DNA of 64,000 nt from Candidatus Multivoradales bacterium (lineage in GTDB: Bacteria; Acidobacteriota; Thermoanaerobaculia; Multivoradales; J023), in the NCBI GenBank assembly GCA_965248925.1, contig CBDFLE010000006.1, positions 3,488,001 through 3,552,000 on the forward strand, in the 5' to 3' direction. Below are positions 10,182 through 18,052 of this stretch, one piece after another; within the stretch, counting starts at the first letter, position 1; each line of letters starts with the position of its first letter. Made by a program: the position numbers and the translations under genes. The notes under the pieces were generated by a model. The model searched no databases. It saw nothing but the letters and a program-made list of their open reading frames with translations, and was not told the origin of the DNA.

Positions 10182-13100
10182 GCAGGATTCCGGAAGCGGA
10201 AGTGGAGCGACTAAAGCGAGAAGTATCGGTGGAACGCCTGGTCCTGGCCCGCGGTGTAGAGCTGAAACGGCACGGGGCGGACCTGCTGGGGCTGTGTCCG
10301 TTTCACGACGACCACGAGCCGTCGCTGGTGATCTCGCCAAAGAAGAACCTGTGGCACTGCCTGGGCGCCTGCCAGGCGGGTGGCTCGGTGATCGATTGGG
10401 TGATGCGAGATCGCGGGGTGTCGTTTCGCCACGCGGTCGAGCTGCTGCGCTCGGATCTGCCGGCGGCGGCGGTCACTGAGGCGCGGCCTTCGGCGCCGGC
10501 TCTGCCTTCGCCGGTGGTGGCGGACGTCGAGGACGCGGAGTTGCTCGGCCAGGTCGTCGGCTACTACCACGAGGCTTTGAAGGAGGGCCCGGAGGCGCTG
10601 GCTTATCTGGAGAGCAGAGGGCTGAAGCACCCGGAGATGATCGAGCATTTCAGGCTTGGCTTCGCCAACCGGACGCTGGGCTATCGACTGCCATCGAAGC
10701 AGCTGAAGGCGGGTAAGGAGATGCGGGGTCGATTGCAGAAGCTCGGCGTGCTGCGCAAGTCGGGTCATGAGCACTTCAACGGCTCGATCGTCTTTCCGGT
10801 TTTCGATTCAACAGGCCAGGTGGTGGAGATCTACGGGCGCAAGATCACACTAAATCTTCGCAAGGGGACGCCCTTGCATCTCTATCTGCCGGGTCCACAT
10901 CGAGGGATCTTTAATGCGGAAGCTCTGGTGGCCTCGACCGAGATCATCCTCTGCGAGTCGCTGATCGACGCTCTGACTTTCTGGTGTGCGGGTTACCGTA
11001 ACGTCACCAGCGCCTACGGCATCCAGGGTTTCACCGCGGAGATGCTGGCAGCCTTCGGTGGCCACGGAGTCGAGCGGGTGCTGATCGCCTACGACCGTGA
11101 CGATGCCGGCGAGAAGGCCGCCGGGAAGCTGGCCGAGAAGCTGGTGGGTGCCGGGATCGACTGCTACCGAATCCAATTTCCGCGTGGCATGGATGCCAAC
11201 GAGTACGCGCTGAAGGTGACCCCGGCGGCGAAGTCGCTGGGGGTGGTGATCCGCAAAGCACAGTGGCTCGGCAAAGGCAAGCCGCCGGGCGTGAAACCGG
11301 GGTTTGGGCCAACAGCTGGCCTAATCGCGCCAACGGTACGGCCAAACACAGCCGCAGAGGCGGTAATGGCTCCACCAACAGAGCAGCTGACATCATCGAA
11401 TACCGCCGGAGAGGCGGTATTGGCACTGCCCGCCCCGGCCGAAGCCTCCCCACTGCCCGCACCGCCTCCGCCAGATATGCCGGCTGAGGTGCGCGACCAG
11501 GAGGTGGTCTTGTCGCTCGGCGATCGCCGCTACCGCATTCGCGGTCTGCCGAAGAATCTGGCCTACGACGTGCTCAAGGTCAACGTCCTGGCGTCGCGGG
11601 GCGACGCCTTCCACGTCGACACTTTCGATCTCTACGCGGCGCGGCCGCGGGCGGTGTTTCAGCGGGCGGCAGCCGCTGAGCTGGGGGTCGAGGAGCAGGT
11701 GGTCAAGAAGGATCTGGGCAAGGTGCTGCTGAAGCTCGAGGAGCTGCAGGACGAGCAGATCCGCTCAGCACTCGAGCCGCAGTCGACGGCGGTGGAGCTG
11801 TCAGAGGGAGAGAAGGAAGCGGCGCTTGAGCTGCTGCGCTCACCAGATCTCTTGGTGCGCATCCTCGCGGACTTCGAGCGCTGCGGGGTGGTGGGCGAGG
11901 AGGTCAACAAGCTGATGGGCTACCTGGCGTCGACCTCGCGTTTCCTGGAACGGCCGCTGGCGGTGGTGGTGCAGTCCAGCTCAGCGGCCGGTAAGTCGGC
12001 GCTGATGGAGGCGGTGCTGTCGCTGATGCCAGGTGAGCAGCAAGTGAAGTACTCGGCGATGACCGGGCAATCGCTGTTCTACATGGGCGAAACGGATCTG
12101 CAGCACAAGATCCTGGCGATCGTCGAGGAGGAGGGGGCCGAGCGGGCTAGCTACGCCTTGAAGCTGCTTCAGTCGGAGGGCGAGCTGACGATTGCCTCGA
12201 CCGGCAAGGATGCTTCAACGGGCAAGCTGGTGACGCACGAGTACCACGTCGAAGGGCCGGTGATGATCTTCTTGACGACCACGGCAATCGACATCGATGA
12301 AGAGCTTTTGAATCGCTGCTTGGTGCTCTCGGTGGACGAGGCGCGAGAGCAGACGCGGGCGATTCACCGGCTGCAGCGGCAGCGGCGGACGCTGGAGGGG
12401 CTACTCTCGCGCACCCGGCGCGACGGGGTGATGGCGCTGCACCAGAACGCGCAGCGGCTGCTGCGGCCGCTGGCGGTGGTCAATCCCTTTGCTCCGGAAC
12501 TTACCTTTCTCGATACGCAAATCCGCACCCGCCGGGACCACGAGAAGTACCTGACGCTGATCGACGTGATTGCTCTTTTGCATCAATACCAGCGAGAGGT
12601 GAAGCTGGCGGTGGTCGACGGGCGAGAGGTGGAGTACGTCGAAGTGGTGGCCACAGACATCGAGACAGCCAACCGCCTGGCGCACGAAGTCTTGGGGCGC
12701 TCGCTCGATGAGCTGCCGCCGCAGACGCGGCGCCTGCTGGGGCTGATCGACGAGATGGTCAGCGAAGCCTGTGAGGCGCTGGCGATGGATCGGCCGGACT
12801 ACCGTTTCAGCCGGCGGGCGGTGCGCGAGCACACCGGCTGGGGCAATACGCAGCTGAAGCTGCACCTACGCCGTCTTGAGGAGTTTGAGTATCTGCTGGT
12901 GCATCAGGGCGGGCGGGGGCAGAGCTTTGTCTACGAGCTGGTTTACGTGGCCAGCGACGAGCCGGAGCGGCCGCGACTGCCGGGGCTGATCGAGGTCGAA
13001 ACACTCAGGTACGACGAAAAGAAGTCGGGGTCTGAAGCTGAGAAGTCGGGGCCAAGTCGGCCCCAAGTCGGGGGGGTGTCGGGGGGTGGTCGGGGTGCAG

Positions 13101-13243
13101 TTTCCCAAGCAGAATCAACAACTTCGGCCGGAAATCGTGGAGTTTCGGCAAAAAACGCATATAAGGGGGTGCGAGAAAACGGCCCGTCATGTCGTAAATC
13201 TGGGCCTCGTACCGGCGGCTCGGCGGCGGTCGAGGGGGCCTGA
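10178..13243 (+). CDS. CHC2 zinc finger plus Toprim primase fused to a P-loop NTPase/helicase-like domain, unit 1
   Basis: CPFHDD...WHCLGAC zinc finger; CESLIDALT...YDRDDAG Toprim; Pro-rich linker; SSAAGKS Walker A and IVEEEG Walker B-like motif; GTGA overlap with the upstream stop and GGAGG RBS. Confidence 0.88.
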   Translation: MSRIPEAEVERLKREVSVERLVLARGVELKRHGADLLGLCPFHDDHEPSLVISPKKNLWHCLGACQAGGSVIDWVMRDRGVSFRHAVELLRSDLPAAAVTEARPSAPALPSPVVADVEDAELLGQVVGYYHEALKEGPEALAYLESRGLKHPEMIEHFRLGFANRTLGYRLPSKQLKAGKEMRGRLQKLGVLRKSGHEHFNGSIVFPVFDSTGQVVEIYGRKITLNLRKGTPLHLYLPGPHRGIFNAEALVASTEIILCESLIDALTFWCAGYRNVTSAYGIQGFTAEMLAAFGGHGVERVLIAYDRDDAGEKAAGKLAEKLVGAGIDCYRIQFPRGMDANEYALKVTPAAKSLGVVIRKAQWLGKGKPPGVKPGFGPTAGLIAPTVRPNTAAEAVMAPPTEQLTSSNTAGEAVLALPAPAEASPLPAPPPPDMPAEVRDQEVVLSLGDRRYRIRGLPKNLAYDVLKVNVLASRGDAFHVDTFDLYAARPRAVFQRAAAAELGVEEQVVKKDLGKVLLKLEELQDEQIRSALEPQSTAVELSEGEKEAALELLRSPDLLVRILADFERCGVVGEEVNKLMGYLASTSRFLERPLAVVVQSSSAAGKSALMEAVLSLMPGEQQVKYSAMTGQSLFYMGETDLQHKILAIVEEEGAERASYALKLLQSEGELTIASTGKDASTGKLVTHEYHVEGPVMIFLTTTAIDIDEELLNRCLVLSVDEAREQTRAIHRLQRQRRTLEGLLSRTRRDGVMALHQNAQRLLRPLAVVNPFAPELTFLDTQIRTRRDHEKYLTLIDVIALLHQYQREVKLAVVDGREVEYVEVVATDIETANRLAHEVLGRSLDELPPQTRRLLGLIDEMVSEACEALAMDRPDYRFSRRAVREHTGWGNTQLKLHLRRLEEFEYLLVHQGGRGQSFVYELVYVASDEPERPRLPGLIEVETLRYDEKKSGSEAEKSGPSRPQVGGVSGGGRGAVSQAESTTSAGNRGVSAKNAYKGVRENGPSCRKSGPRTGGSAAVEGA
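13022..13095 (+). repeat. Iteron-like GTCGG array inside the 3' end of the primase gene (also near 20890-20963 and 28605-28678)
   Basis: GTCGG at 13024, 13045, 13056, 13067, 13078 and 13089 (11-bp period); first four are AAGTCGG. Confidence 0.6.
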
Positions 13244-14316
13244 TGCCGCGCCGTGGCGAGCGCAAGATCCGCCTCTTGCCGGGCAATCCAACCGACCCTC
13301 GGGGCTTCGCGGTGATGGCGGGTCAGTACCTGGAGTGGATGGCGATCAAGAACTACTCTCCACGAACCGTTGAGAACCGGCATCTATACCTCTCGTTTCT
13401 CATCGCATGGTGTGAAGAGCGTGGGGTGTCGCGGCCGTCGGAAGTGACCAAGCCGATCCTGGAGCGCTACGCCAGGTGGCTCTACCACTACCGCAAGCCT
13501 GGGGACGGGCGGCCGCTGTCTTTCCGGGCTCAGCACTCGCGGCTGGTGCCGGTAAGGGCCTTCTTCAAATGGGCGGCTCGGGCCAACCACCTGCTCTACA
13601 ACCCGGCCTCGGAGCTGGAGCTACCGAAGCTGGAGCACCGGCTGCCGGCGGCGGTGCTGACCGCCTCTGAAGCCGACCAGGTGCTCAACCAGCCCGACAC
13701 CACGGAGCCGCTCGGGATGCGCGACCGAACAATCCTTGAAGTCTTCTACTCCACGGGCATGCGCCGGGCTGAGCTGATCGGCCTCGGCCGTTACGATCTC
13801 GACATCGAGCGCGGGACGGTGATGGTGCGCCAGGGCAAGGGTAGGAAAGATTGGATGATCCCGATCGGCGAGCGGGCGTTGGCCTGGATCGATCGCTACG
13901 TCACTGCGGTACGGCCGTCGCTGGTGGTCGAGCCGGACGGCGGGCCGCTCTTTCTCACCAACCAGGGGACGCCGTTTGCGCCGTCGCGAATGACTCAGCT
14001 GGTGCGCGGCTACGTGCTCGCCGCCGATCTCGGCAAGTCGGGCGCTTGCCATCTCTTCCGCCACACGATGGCGACGCTGATGCTCGAAGGTGGTGCGGAT
14101 ATCCGCTTCATTCAGCAGATGCTCGGCCATGCCAAGCTGGAGACGACGCAGATTTACACTCAGGTATCGATCCGCAAACTGAAGTCGATCCACTCGGCAA
14201 CCCATCCGGGCGCGAAGCTAGGGCGGCGGGTGGCACCGCCGACAGAAGAAGACGGCAGCGATGAAGTGACCGCCGAGGACTTACTCGATGTAGTCGAGAC
14301 CGAGGCGGAGGACTGA
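13243..14316 (+). CDS. Tyrosine recombinase (XerC/XerD-like integrase), unit 1
   Basis: Catalytic set intact: TGMRRAE (R), KGRK (K), HLFRH (H-x-x-R), LGH (H), TQIY (Y); TGATG coupling to the primase gene. Confidence 0.93.
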   Translation: MPRRGERKIRLLPGNPTDPRGFAVMAGQYLEWMAIKNYSPRTVENRHLYLSFLIAWCEERGVSRPSEVTKPILERYARWLYHYRKPGDGRPLSFRAQHSRLVPVRAFFKWAARANHLLYNPASELELPKLEHRLPAAVLTASEADQVLNQPDTTEPLGMRDRTILEVFYSTGMRRAELIGLGRYDLDIERGTVMVRQGKGRKDWMIPIGERALAWIDRYVTAVRPSLVVEPDGGPLFLTNQGTPFAPSRMTQLVRGYVLAADLGKSGACHLFRHTMATLMLEGGADIRFIQQMLGHAKLETTQIYTQVSIRKLKSIHSATHPGAKLGRRVAPPTEEDGSDEVTAEDLLDVVETEAED

Positions 14317-14520
14317 CCCCCGCCCGAAGCGGTCCGGGTCTGCGGGTCCCGCGCTGCGGCCGGCTGCGCCGTCCTCCGTTCGCGGGCCACGCAGCCCTCG
14401 GCAGTATTTTTTCGTCACCCCAGCCCGCCCCGGCCCGAGCATCTGCGATCCACCACCTGAGCCCTCCGATCACCGGCCCGGCGCGGGGCTTCAAGTAGTC
14501 CAAGAGAAGACTCTTCGAAA

Positions 14521-14761
14521 GCTCACCCCAAGCTCCGCCGGGGCGTGTGTCCCTCCGGTCGCTGCGCTCCCTCCGGGCACGGGCCAGCCGCTCCGCAAGC
14601 CGCGCGCCACCTGGGTCCCTCCTCGGACCTCCCAGGTGTCACGCGGCTTGCATGGGTCGCTGTCCGATAGTGCGCGCCCTATCCGACCTGGCCCTCACAC
14701 GCCCCGGCTCCGGGCCTACGGCCTTTCCATAACGCGTGCATTATGGAAACTTGGGGTGAGC
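14521..14761. other. Nested inverted-repeat (branched hairpin) module downstream of the integrase
   Basis: Nested pairs GCTCACCCCAAG/CTTGGGGTGAGC, CCGGGGCGTGTG/CACACGCCCCGG, CAAGCCGCG/CGCGGCTTG, CACCTGGG/CCCAGGTG, TTTCCATAA/TTATGGAAA. Confidence 0.65.
14722..14751 (+). other. cer/dif-like XerCD site, unit 1
   Basis: CCTTTCCATAA-CGCGTGCA-TTATGGAAACT; the right arm matches the ColE1 cer XerD arm TTATGGTAAAT at 9/11; 8-bp spacer as in cer. Confidence 0.55.
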
Positions 14762-15206
14762 ACTCCGCGAGCCTGCGATGGTCAGCGGCTTCGGAACCAC
14801 GCCCCGCTCCGGGCCTCCTTGCCGAGATCCACCAGCCAGCACTGCGACGGCTCGGCCCGGCCCCGTCCGCCCCCTCAAGGGGGCTCCCCATCCTCCTCCC
14901 AAGACCCGCCCTGCGTCGTGGCCTCCGTACCCTGCGCGCGGCGCCCTGCGGTCGCCGTGCTCGGCTCCGGCCCCGCCGCCACCACGCCCCCAACGTGCAG
15001 ATTGGTTTGGCGGCTGCGCCGCCGGCACCAAACTGCCGGAAAGACCCGCGCTCGCTCCGACGACCAGCCCGACGAAAACGACCTAAGAAAACACCCACTG
15101 CCCGAAGAAAGCGGCCTAAGAAAACCGCATCCCGCCTCCGCACCAACCACCCTTCCTCCTTTAGCCGCTGTCTTCGAGCGCCACCCGCGGCGTAGAATGG
15201 CCCGGC

Positions 15207-16283
15207 ATGAGGCAGGCAGCTAAAGGAAGAAGCACTTGGACGATGGCGCTCGGGCTGGTCGTCGCGCTCCTGGCGGTGACGATGCCGGCAACAGCGATCG
15301 CGCCGATCTCCGAGTCGAGCTACGCCGAAACTCGCCTCTGGACCTTCGAGCACCAAGACCCCGCCGGCAGTAGGGCCGAGCGAGGCTTAAGTAGAACAGG
15401 CATAGAGGGTTACCAGCTCTCAAGCTGGAAACCGCGTCGGGCTGTCCCCTTCACCCGAGGGGGTCAGCAGGTGGCGTTGCACAACTACTTTCCCTTTGGT
15501 CAAGAGGCGACCAGCGCGGAGGCTGACGAGATCCAGCTGAAATTCACCGGCCATGAGCGGGACAAGACCGGGACCGGCAGCCGCTCCGAGCTGGACTATA
15601 TGCATGCTCGGCATTGCAGCCCGGTGGTGGGGCGGTTTTTGAGTGTGGATCCATCTCTGGGTAGCCGGTCCTCACCACAGAGTTGGAATCGCTTCTCTTA
15701 CGTCAGCAACAGTCCAATCAACCAGGTAGACCCGGACGGAAGGCTTGGGTTTCTGGTAACTGCATTTCTTGGCGGAGTCGTAGATGTTGGGATTCAAATT
15801 GCGAGCAACGCGCTTTCAGGGGAAGAGCTCACAACAGGCGTAGCCGGGGCTTTCGTCACCGGAGCAGTGGCTGGTGCCACAGGTCTTGGGCTATTGAAGG
15901 TGGCTGGTAGGGGAGCGAAGCTCGTAGGAGCCGTAAGAAATGCAAAGAAACTGAAGAAGTCAGCTGCTGCTGCTGACGCAGCTAGAGCGGGCGCAAAGGG
16001 GGCAGCGGAGGTTTCGCAGAAGGTTGCAAACCAGGCTAACCACATCTTCGGTTCAAAGAACCTCGCAAAACATAGGCTCGGCGGGGTTCTCGACGCCTTC
16101 GGCGGAGACCAGGTCGCGGCGTTACGATCCATAGAGTCAAGTGCACAGAAGCTCGCAGCCAGCGGGGCTATCGAGGGTGTTTTCCGAACAGTGGTGAGGG
16201 TTGGAGAACAATCGGTCATGGTGAGGGGCCGTGTGATTGATGGTGTCGTGAACATCTCCACTGCCTTCATCCCGATCCCATAG
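15207..16283 (+). CDS. Leader::Rhs tip B fusion (signal-peptide-like N-terminus, Rhs core end, pre-toxin linker, putative RNase toxin)
   Basis: About 81 aa leader (MRQAAKGRSTWTMALGLVVALLAVTMPATA...) in frame with TRGGQQVALHNYFPFG...DPDG; C-terminal NHIF...AKH...VRGRVIDG..ISTAF. Confidence 0.8.
   Translation: MRQAAKGRSTWTMALGLVVALLAVTMPATAIAPISESSYAETRLWTFEHQDPAGSRAERGLSRTGIEGYQLSSWKPRRAVPFTRGGQQVALHNYFPFGQEATSAEADEIQLKFTGHERDKTGTGSRSELDYMHARHCSPVVGRFLSVDPSLGSRSSPQSWNRFSYVSNSPINQVDPDGRLGFLVTAFLGGVVDVGIQIASNALSGEELTTGVAGAFVTGAVAGATGLGLLKVAGRGAKLVGAVRNAKKLKKSAAAADAARAGAKGAAEVSQKVANQANHIFGSKNLAKHRLGGVLDAFGGDQVAALRSIESSAQKLAASGAIEGVFRTVVRVGEQSVMVRGRVIDGVVNISTAFIPIP
15441..15468 (+). other. att-like junction between units 1 and 2 (11-6-11)
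   Basis: GCTGTCCCCTT-CACCCG-AGGGGGTCAGC; arms are inverted at 9/11 positions. Confidence 0.75.
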
Positions 16284-16287
16284 GAGT

Positions 16288-16647
16288 ATGCGGATGAGCA
16301 CGGAGAGCCTGGAATCTGCTGTCATCAGCAGAATGTTGGATGACCCTGAACTTTCACCTTGCCTTCGTTCGCTCGACCCCTTGTCACTGGTGATGTCGGA
16401 GCGGAACTTCAGCCAAGTAGGGTTCATCACCAGCTTCGCTCGGACTTCTGGAACAAAGCTGTTCGGTGACGACATCTCCATGCGGTGGGGAAAGGTTATT
16501 GTGCGCATCAATTCCGAGATTGATGTGGACTTCGTCGTCTATGTGGATGACGGATACCTGACCGGAATTGAAGGCTGCACCTTCGGCGGCGAGTTGTGGC
16601 CCTCCGAAATAGAAGCGTTCGAGTTGACTGATCTGCCGGATGGTTGA
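16288..16647 (+). CDS. Putative immunity protein for tip B
   Basis: Acidic 119 aa ORF directly after the toxin stop, AGGAG RBS; start may be the ATG at 16294. Confidence 0.75.
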   Translation: MRMSTESLESAVISRMLDDPELSPCLRSLDPLSLVMSERNFSQVGFITSFARTSGTKLFGDDISMRWGKVIVRINSEIDVDFVVYVDDGYLTGIEGCTFGGELWPSEIEAFELTDLPDG

Positions 16648-16951
16648 TCGTCGTGCCGGCGGAGTGCCAGCGGTCACGCCGCTTCGAATCCAGGAGCACG
16701 ACGGTCACCTTCAAACGTTGGGCCTGTCTTCGATCGGGAAGTTGGAACTCGCGGTAGCGGTGTCGCCGGGAGTCTCGGCCGAGACAGCGCGGCAACTTCT
16801 GCACTCAGCAGCTTCCTACATGGTTTCGGTCAACTACCGGCCCGAGGCGGGGGAAATCCTGTGCTATGAGGGCCAGTGCTACCGGCTGGAGCCGGTGCGG
16901 GGTGGCCTCCTGCTGCTGCGTCCGGTGATTGGCAGTGAGGCCGCCAGCTAA
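16640..16951 (+). CDS. Hypothetical protein, possibly an accessory or orphan immunity-like gene (start uncertain)
   Basis: ORF kept in units 2 and 3 despite local divergence (TPLRIQEH..HLQT.GLSSI...ELAVAVSPGVSA). Confidence 0.4.
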   Translation: MVDRRAGGVPAVTPLRIQEHDGHLQTLGLSSIGKLELAVAVSPGVSAETARQLLHSAASYMVSVNYRPEAGEILCYEGQCYRLEPVRGGLLLLRPVIGSEAAS

Positions 16952-16958
16952 GCCGCGA

Positions 16959-17330
16959 TCAGGGGGCAGCGGTGGCTGATTCCTGGGTGACGAGGTCAAC
17001 GAACTTCTTCTTGGTCAGCAGGCCATCGATGATCTTGATGACGGCAGCCTTTTCCTCGGGGTCGAGGCGTTCGAGCAGCTCCATGCGCTGGGCGAGAGGC
17101 TGATCTTCGAGCCGGACGGGTCGAAACTCTCCCTCTTCTTCATTCAGCAGAAAGTCGGTCGTCACCTCGAACTCTGAGGCGAGCTTGCGCAGCAGGTCAA
17201 TGGACGGCTGGTAGCGGCCGTTCTCAAGCCGGCTGATGTGGCCAGTGCTAACCCCGAGGCGCTTGCCGAGTTCGCCCTGGGCCCACCTGTGCTCAGCGCG
17301 GAGCTTTCGGATCTTCTCTTGAAGGGTCAT
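16959..17330 (-). CDS. XRE-family HTH repressor, type 2
   Basis: MTLQEKIRKLRAEHRWAQGELGKRLGVSTGHISRLENGRYQPS; start placed at the ATG at 17330. Confidence 0.9.
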   Translation of the reverse strand: MTLQEKIRKLRAEHRWAQGELGKRLGVSTGHISRLENGRYQPSIDLLRKLASEFEVTTDFLLNEEEGEFRPVRLEDQPLAQRMELLERLDPEEKAAVIKIIDGLLTKKKFVDLVTQESATAAP

Positions 17331-17428
17331 TGATCGTCGATTTCCTGGCCTCTTGGGCCGAATTTCCACTAATTCTAAGCGCATACGGTGATTTGCGCAA
17401 GTAATTCGGGCGAGAACGTACGCTCTGC

Positions 17429-17457
17429 TTGACGATGATAGGCGCATGCGTTATTAT
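17429..17457 (+). promoter_or_regulatory. sigma70 promoter of the SymE-primase-integrase operon, unit 2 (same sequence at 25186-25214)
   Basis: TTGACG-17 bp-TATTAT; the spacer holds the palindrome CGCATGCG, a candidate XRE operator. Confidence 0.65.
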
Positions 17458-17538
17458 TTGTGCATGAGAGCAGCAAGGTGCCGTGGTCGCAACCGTTAAC
17501 TGCTCCAAGCGTGATGCGAAAACTGGAGGGAAATCTCA

Positions 17539-17835
17539 ATGACCGAGCACAAGCTAACAATCTCCGCCCTGTACCGCCCCGGCTGGCACGTCTTGCCCAG
17601 ATCGGCACGGCTGCCATTGCTGCAGATTGCAGGTCCGTGGCTCCAGGACGCTGGCTTCTACCCTGGTGCGCGAGTGCGGGTCGACGTGGTGGGCGAAGGG
17701 CGCCTGGTGGTGACGCGGGTGGAAGAAGGCGAGGAAGAGAGGGAAATGCAGCCGGTGGTGTGGGTGCCAGCGGATCAGATCGGCCGGATTGATGAGGTCT
17801 CGGCAAGTCGCCTGGCAGGAGCAGCCTGTGTCTGA
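17539..17835 (+). CDS. SymE-like protein 1, unit 2
   Basis: Near-identical to 9668..9964. Confidence 0.7.
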   Translation: MTEHKLTISALYRPGWHVLPRSARLPLLQIAGPWLQDAGFYPGARVRVDVVGEGRLVVTRVEEGEEEREMQPVVWVPADQIGRIDEVSASRLAGAACV

Positions 17836-18052
17836 GTCGAGAGCTGAGCGGCATCTGACGATCTCTACCCTGCACGAGCCCCGCGCACCGCACTACATCA
17901 ACGGTCCGTGCTCGGTGCGGCTTGTGCCGTTTGTGCGGATGCGGGGGGCTTGGCTGGAAGCAGCGGGGTTTCGCTGTGGGGAGCGGCTGCGGGTGGAGGT
18001 CGAGCAGGATCGTTTGGTGCTTACTCCGGTGGGATCGGAGGCGGCACGGTGA
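17828..18052 (+). CDS. SymE-family protein 2, unit 2
   Basis: Identical protein to 9957..10181. Confidence 0.75.
   Translation: MSESRAERHLTISTLHEPRAPHYINGPCSVRLVPFVRMRGAWLEAAGFRCGERLRVEVEQDRLVLTPVGSEAAR

Larger units (their letters stand above)
7910..15451 (+). mobile_element. Rhs-tip-carrying integrative element, unit 1 (7542 bp)
   Basis: Bounded by CACCCG core sites; tip A, immunity, XRE, 2x SymE-like, primase-NTPase, tyrosine recombinase, leader ORF. Confidence 0.8.

Noticed and set aside
13243-14316. Calling the recombinases the housekeeping xerC/xerD
   Set aside because: Three near-identical copies coupled to a primase inside repeated units indicate an element-encoded integrase
14983-15012. 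Second Xer-like site CCAA-CGTGCAGA-TTGG present in all three units
   Set aside because: Only the inner 4 bp are symmetric and the arms match dif/cer poorly; too weak to call
14547-15356. Overlapping ORFs in the post-integrase region (e.g. 14636..15223, 14679..15356 minus, 29629..30456)
   Set aside because: Pro/Arg-rich, no recognisable motifs, and disrupted differently in unit 3; better explained as GC-rich structured non-coding DNA
7910-16283. Diversity-generating retroelement or retron as the source of tip variation
   Set aside because: No reverse transcriptase, and the differences are block exchanges rather than adenine-specific substitutions
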